DNA of 63,934 bases, counting the filler, from an uncultured Methanosarcinales archaeon (lineage in GTDB: Archaea > Nanobdellota > Nanobdellia > Woesearchaeales > DATDXC01), in NCBI GenBank assembly GCA_964510025.1. It is 3 parts of 3 records of this genome, joined end to end, with 100 filler letters (N's around TTAATTAATTAA, not from the genome) between each part and the next. Parts side by side here need not be neighbours in the genome. Positions count along the whole stretch, not along the records: positions 44,711 to 63,934 come from CAZDZV010000022.1; 2 more parts are not named here. One strand, written 5' to 3'. Shown here piece after piece: positions 60,368 through 63,934 of this stretch. The notes below the pieces were generated by a model that searched no databases, was not told where the DNA came from, and saw only the letters and a program-made list of their open reading frames with translations. How positions within the stretch are numbered: position 1 is the first letter of the stretch; every line of letters starts with the position of its first letter. The translations under genes were made by a program, and so were the position numbers.

Positions 60368-61591
60368 TCATTTCTTTTTTATTCTTACTTTTACTATCCT
60401 GTGGTCTTCCATCTCTGTTATCTCTATATTATATCTATCTACAACAAGCTTCTCCCCTTCTTTAGGTATCCTGCCCAGCTTATCCAGGATCAGTCCGGAA
60501 ATAGTGTCATAATCCTCAGCTTCCTGGAATCTAGACTTCATCCTCTCATTGACCTCTTCTATGTCTGACTTGCCCAGTACATCCCATGTATCCTTGCTTA
60601 GCTTCTTCACATGCGGATCAAGCCTGTCCTTCTCGTCCTTTATCTCTCCGACTATCTCTTCAATGACATTCTCAAGCGTCACCAGCCCGGTCACCAGACC
60701 ATGCTCATCTACCACTATAGCCATGTGCTCTTTTCTTTTCCTGAACTGCTTGAGTAGAGAATCCACCTTCTTGTTTTCCGGGACAAAAAAGGGCTTGTAC
60801 ATTATCTTCTTGACCGGAATATCAATCTCTTTCCTCTTTAGTATGGGGATCAGATCCTTCATATTCAGTATGCCCACTATCCTGTTCAGGCTTCCCTCGT
60901 AGACAGGTATCCTTGTGTAGTTTGCCCTTATGATAGAAGGCAGGACTTTCCTGAGCGTGCTATCCACGCTGACACAGAACATGTCTGTTCTTGGTGTCAT
61001 TATCTCAGACACATTCACGTCATCGAACTTGAAGATATTCTTGATAAGGTCCTTCTCGGTCTCTTTTATGAATCCTGCTTCCCTGCCCATGTCGACAGCT
61101 GCCTTGAGGTCTTCTTCTGTCAAGGCCGGCTTCTTGACCGGTTTTACGAAAGTGCCTGTGATCAGGTCAAGTAGCTTGATGACAGGCGCCAGAAGATGGC
61201 TAAGAAACCTTATCGGCCTGGCCACAGACAGGCTTATCTTCTCATTGTTGTGCGTAGCAAATGACTTGGGTATTATCTCCCCAAAGATCAGTATTACAAG
61301 CGTAAGCACCCCGGTTGATACAGCAACTGCATAGTCAGGGATTATCTTGAAGGCTATTGCAGTAGCCAATGAGGCAGCCCCCACGTTCACAAGGTTGTTG
61401 CCGATTAGTATTGTAGACAGAAGCTTATGCGGATTATCCTTCAGCTTCTTTATGGTATCTGCTCCCTTGACTTTCTTGGCCAGCAGCGTCCTTAGCCTTA
61501 TCCTGCTCAGCGAGAAAAGGGCTGTCTCAGACATTGAGAAAAAAGCGCTTAGGACTATCAAGGCAATAAGCCCATAAATCTGGTTGATCAT
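60368..61591 (-). CDS. CNNM/HlyC/CorC-family protein (DUF21 + CBS pair + CorC)
   Basis: SAFFSMSETA, TILIGNN, FGEIIPK, IMTPR, VVDEHG, EEIVGEI. Confidence 0.93.
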   Translation of the reverse strand: MINQIYGLIALIVLSAFFSMSETALFSLSRIRLRTLLAKKVKGADTIKKLKDNPHKLLSTILIGNNLVNVGAASLATAIAFKIIPDYAVAVSTGVLTLVILIFGEIIPKSFATHNNEKISLSVARPIRFLSHLLAPVIKLLDLITGTFVKPVKKPALTEEDLKAAVDMGREAGFIKETEKDLIKNIFKFDDVNVSEIMTPRTDMFCVSVDSTLRKVLPSIIRANYTRIPVYEGSLNRIVGILNMKDLIPILKRKEIDIPVKKIMYKPFFVPENKKVDSLLKQFRKRKEHMAIVVDEHGLVTGLVTLENVIEEIVGEIKDEKDRLDPHVKKLSKDTWDVLGKSDIEEVNERMKSRFQEAEDYDTISGLILDKLGRIPKEGEKLVVDRYNIEITEMEDHRIVKVRIKKK

Positions 61592-61626
61592 ATCAGAACA
61601 TAACCCTAGATGGTATATAAAGGTTT

Positions 61627-62652
61627 TCAATTCATCTTTTGGAATGCCTGGCCTATCAGCTCATGTGTTATGTTTTCAGCCCCTCTTTTCAGCCCAAGGC
61701 AGACAATGTGGTAGACGGCTGGGCATCTGGTATCATCATAATCGAGCTCCACCCTCGTTGGCCTTATTCCGCTGTCTTGTCCTGTACCCAGAGCCATGTC
61801 TCCTATGTGTGCAACGCTCCTATAGCCAAAAAAATCAGGGCTGGTTCTTCTGTCCATAAATGCGCTCCAGTCAAATCCACCATAATAACCCTTAAAGGGA
61901 AATGAGACAATTACAATATGCCCTGCATTGGAACCAGGCATCATAAATCTTTCAACATCGCTCAGTTCTGCAGCATATGTTGCGCTGATATATGGGTAGC
62001 TCCCCCCCTCGGCCTGGTCTGTGATTTGTCTGCTGGCTGAGGCATCACTTACAGCTCCTAACTCCAAAGCTTTGTCCTGGATAACCAGATAATGTGCCCA
62101 TGTGCAGTCTGTTTGCATTGATGGCACTATATTCACCTCATAATCTGTCCTGTGCTGGGGAGCAGGTAAAACAGCGATTACATCAAAAACAGGTATTCTT
62201 GATAATACCTCTCCTTGAACACCATGCCGATCCAGCTTTCCCTGGACATAGTCTGCTAGTGTCATCGGTCTGTCAAGAACAGACTCTCTGCCGGTCTCGG
62301 CACAAACTTGCCTATGGATAGCATAATTTCGCACCTCATTCCGGCTAAGAGCGACCCCCCTGTTGAATGCAAGAGGCACTGGAACAGCATCGGTCATTTC
62401 ACCTGCTGCAAGCGCTCCGATCTCCAGAGCAGGCGCGCCCTCCTCTGGCTGTATCCTTGCAGCCAGGGTGCCGCAGCTTATTTTAGGCACAGATGCCTCC
62501 CATTCAACATGCTCTGGAGCTGTCAAACCTAATCCAAATTTCCAAACAGCTAGCATATCCTCTCTAATAGGAGAAGGCAGTCTTGCTTGCAGGCCGGCCA
62601 AAAGCCGCCCTCCATCGTAATCCTCAGTATGGCTTCCAATATGTTCATGCAT
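61627..62652 (-). CDS. Hypothetical protein
   Basis: 341-aa ORF with TATA-like upstream region; no recognised motif. Confidence 0.6.
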   Translation of the reverse strand: MHEHIGSHTEDYDGGRLLAGLQARLPSPIREDMLAVWKFGLGLTAPEHVEWEASVPKISCGTLAARIQPEEGAPALEIGALAAGEMTDAVPVPLAFNRGVALSRNEVRNYAIHRQVCAETGRESVLDRPMTLADYVQGKLDRHGVQGEVLSRIPVFDVIAVLPAPQHRTDYEVNIVPSMQTDCTWAHYLVIQDKALELGAVSDASASRQITDQAEGGSYPYISATYAAELSDVERFMMPGSNAGHIVIVSFPFKGYYGGFDWSAFMDRRTSPDFFGYRSVAHIGDMALGTGQDSGIRPTRVELDYDDTRCPAVYHIVCLGLKRGAENITHELIGQAFQKMN

Positions 62653-62802
62653 TTTGTCTGTGGGAATAGAAATTATTTTATAAAGCTTTTCTTTTTATTA
62701 TACAATAGTAGTTACAAACGTAAGCAAGATTGCTTTTGCAAAAAGTAAGGCAGAATACCCATAACTTCAGTTGCGGGATGAATGCCGTTTCACTCTAGCT
62801 CT

Positions 62803-63615
62803 TTAATCATCTAGGGGGCTTCTAATCTTGGATAGGTCTCTTTGTGATACTTTTGTGTATACCAAGGTTGTTGCGATATCTGAATGGCCTAATAGATCCC
62901 TAATATATCGAATATCTGTGCCTCTTTCCAGCAAATGTGTTGCAAAACTGTGTCTTAAGGTATGCGGTGTAATTCTTTTCTTAATGCCTACTTTTCTTGC
63001 TGTATTTTCTATAATCTTTTGGATCGTTCTTTGAGTATATCTTCCTCCTCTTGTTGTTACAAAAACATGCCCTTGCTTTACATGAGAAAGATTTAGTAAA
63101 TTTTCCTTTACTCTATCTGAAAGCATGACAACCCTGTCTTTCTTTCCTTTTCCCCTCTTAATATGGATTGTATTTCTGTCAAAATCAATATCTGACCATT
63201 TAAGTTCAATTATTTCACTTGACCTCAAACCAGAAGAATACCCCATCTTTATGATAAGGCGGTGATTAAGGTTGTTTGTTGCCAAAATCATCTTTTCTAT
63301 CTCTTCTTTTGAAAGGATTGTCGGAAGCTTCTTTTCCCTCTTGATATTCGGTATTTTACCTATAATTGAATCAATATCTTGTGAATCATCGCTGCTTGCC
63401 TTTAGGTAGAATTTGATGGCAAATCCTGCAGATCTGACTGTCTCATCAGACTTACCTTTGTTAATGAGTGAAAGTAAGTAGTTTCTTGGAGATTTTTTAG
63501 ACTCAAAGTATTTCTTAAGGTGGTGCATGTAGCTCTCAATTGTTTTCTTTGAATAGCCTTTTAGCTTGCATTCATCAACTAGCAATTTTCTCCAGTTTTC
63601 TGGCTTTTCTGACAT
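62803..63615 (-). CDS. Xer/integron-integrase-like tyrosine recombinase
   Basis: GYSKKTIESY, KKLPTILS, SGLRSSE, GKGKKDR, HTLRHSFATHLLE, LLGH, Tyr in TLVYT, C-terminal SPLD; lacks the IntI-specific insertion. Confidence 0.93.
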   Translation of the reverse strand: MSEKPENWRKLLVDECKLKGYSKKTIESYMHHLKKYFESKKSPRNYLLSLINKGKSDETVRSAGFAIKFYLKASSDDSQDIDSIIGKIPNIKREKKLPTILSKEEIEKMILATNNLNHRLIIKMGYSSGLRSSEIIELKWSDIDFDRNTIHIKRGKGKKDRVVMLSDRVKENLLNLSHVKQGHVFVTTRGGRYTQRTIQKIIENTARKVGIKKRITPHTLRHSFATHLLERGTDIRYIRDLLGHSDIATTLVYTKVSQRDLSKIRSPLDD

Positions 63616-63689
63616 TATATAGAACAAAAGGCCTATCATATATAACTATTACGCTTTTTCAGTTAATATCCCCTATTAAACGTAATAAA

Positions 63690-63717
63690 ACTACGCTTAA
63701 TAGATGTTAAGTTCAAT
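63690..63717 (+). other. dif-like recombination site (11-6-11)
   Basis: ACTACGCTTAA-TAGATG-TTAAGTTCAAT versus E. coli dif GGTGCGCATAA-TGTATA-TTATGTTAAAT (7/11 and 9/11 arm identity). Confidence 0.7.
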
Positions 63718-63730
63718 TTTTTCGGGAGCT

Positions 63731-63934
63731 TTAATTAGAATAGGGCACACTCAACTTAGACAAAAAAATCCCGCACAAATACACCGCAGAAATAATAAGC
63801 ACAATTATTGGGCCTGTGGCAAAATTAAGATAATATGAAACAAATAACCCTGAGATACTCGCAAACAAAGTGATTAAAGAAGAAGTTAGCATTATTTTCT
63901 TGACTGTCTTATGAAATAATTGGGCAGTAGCTGC
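63731..63934 (-). CDS. Metal ABC transporter permease (ZnuB/ABC-3 type), C-terminal fragment
   Basis: AATAQLF...IMLTSSLI...SGLFVSYYLNFATGPIIVL read on the minus strand to the window edge. Confidence 0.75.
   Translation of the reverse strand, partial: AATAQLFHKTVKKIMLTSSLITLFASISGLFVSYYLNFATGPIIVLIISAVYLCGIFLSKLSVPYSN

Noticed and set aside
62803..63615. Canonical integron integrase IntI
   Set aside because: Lacks the IntI-specific insertion before the HxLRH motif, and no attC hairpins were seen in the window.

Overview
Gene-dense archaeal DNA, most consistent with a DPANN archaeon of Woesearchaeota type. Supporting markers are the archaeal ThrRS, aCPSF1-psmB, eS1, eS17, Alba, an S-layer gene, a BHB-intron tRNA and a 23S rRNA with no 5S after it. 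The window is three contigs (1-22261, 22362-44610, 44711-63934) joined by artificial N-TTAATTAATTAA-N linkers, so adjacency across the linkers is meaningless. Contig 1 is a cell-envelope region: serpin, SxtJ/carbamoyltransferase/SxtK-like module, SGNH protein, S-layer gene, MoxR-DUF58-vWA operon, subtilase and ThrRS. Contig 2 holds housekeeping genes, a solo gyrB, a KaiC-like pair, two AmmeMemoRadiSam loci, dapB-dapA-lysA with a divergent ACT regulator, and gdhA. Contig 3 holds the 23S 3' end, Alba/eS17, two large Cys-rich secreted proteins, thrC-apgM, class II FBA and a Xer-family recombinase. Most notable: (i) a 28-bp dif-like site just upstream of the recombinase at the window end; (ii) a kinase-like orphan gene bracketed by a 32-bp direct repeat; (iii) aspartate-family amino-acid biosynthesis genes in an apparently DPANN genome; (iv) two divergent eS17 genes, one among unannotated micro-ORFs; (v) an identical 16-bp motif upstream of gyrB and of a small basic repeat protein. 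All calls come from motif recognition by eye; no database searches were run.
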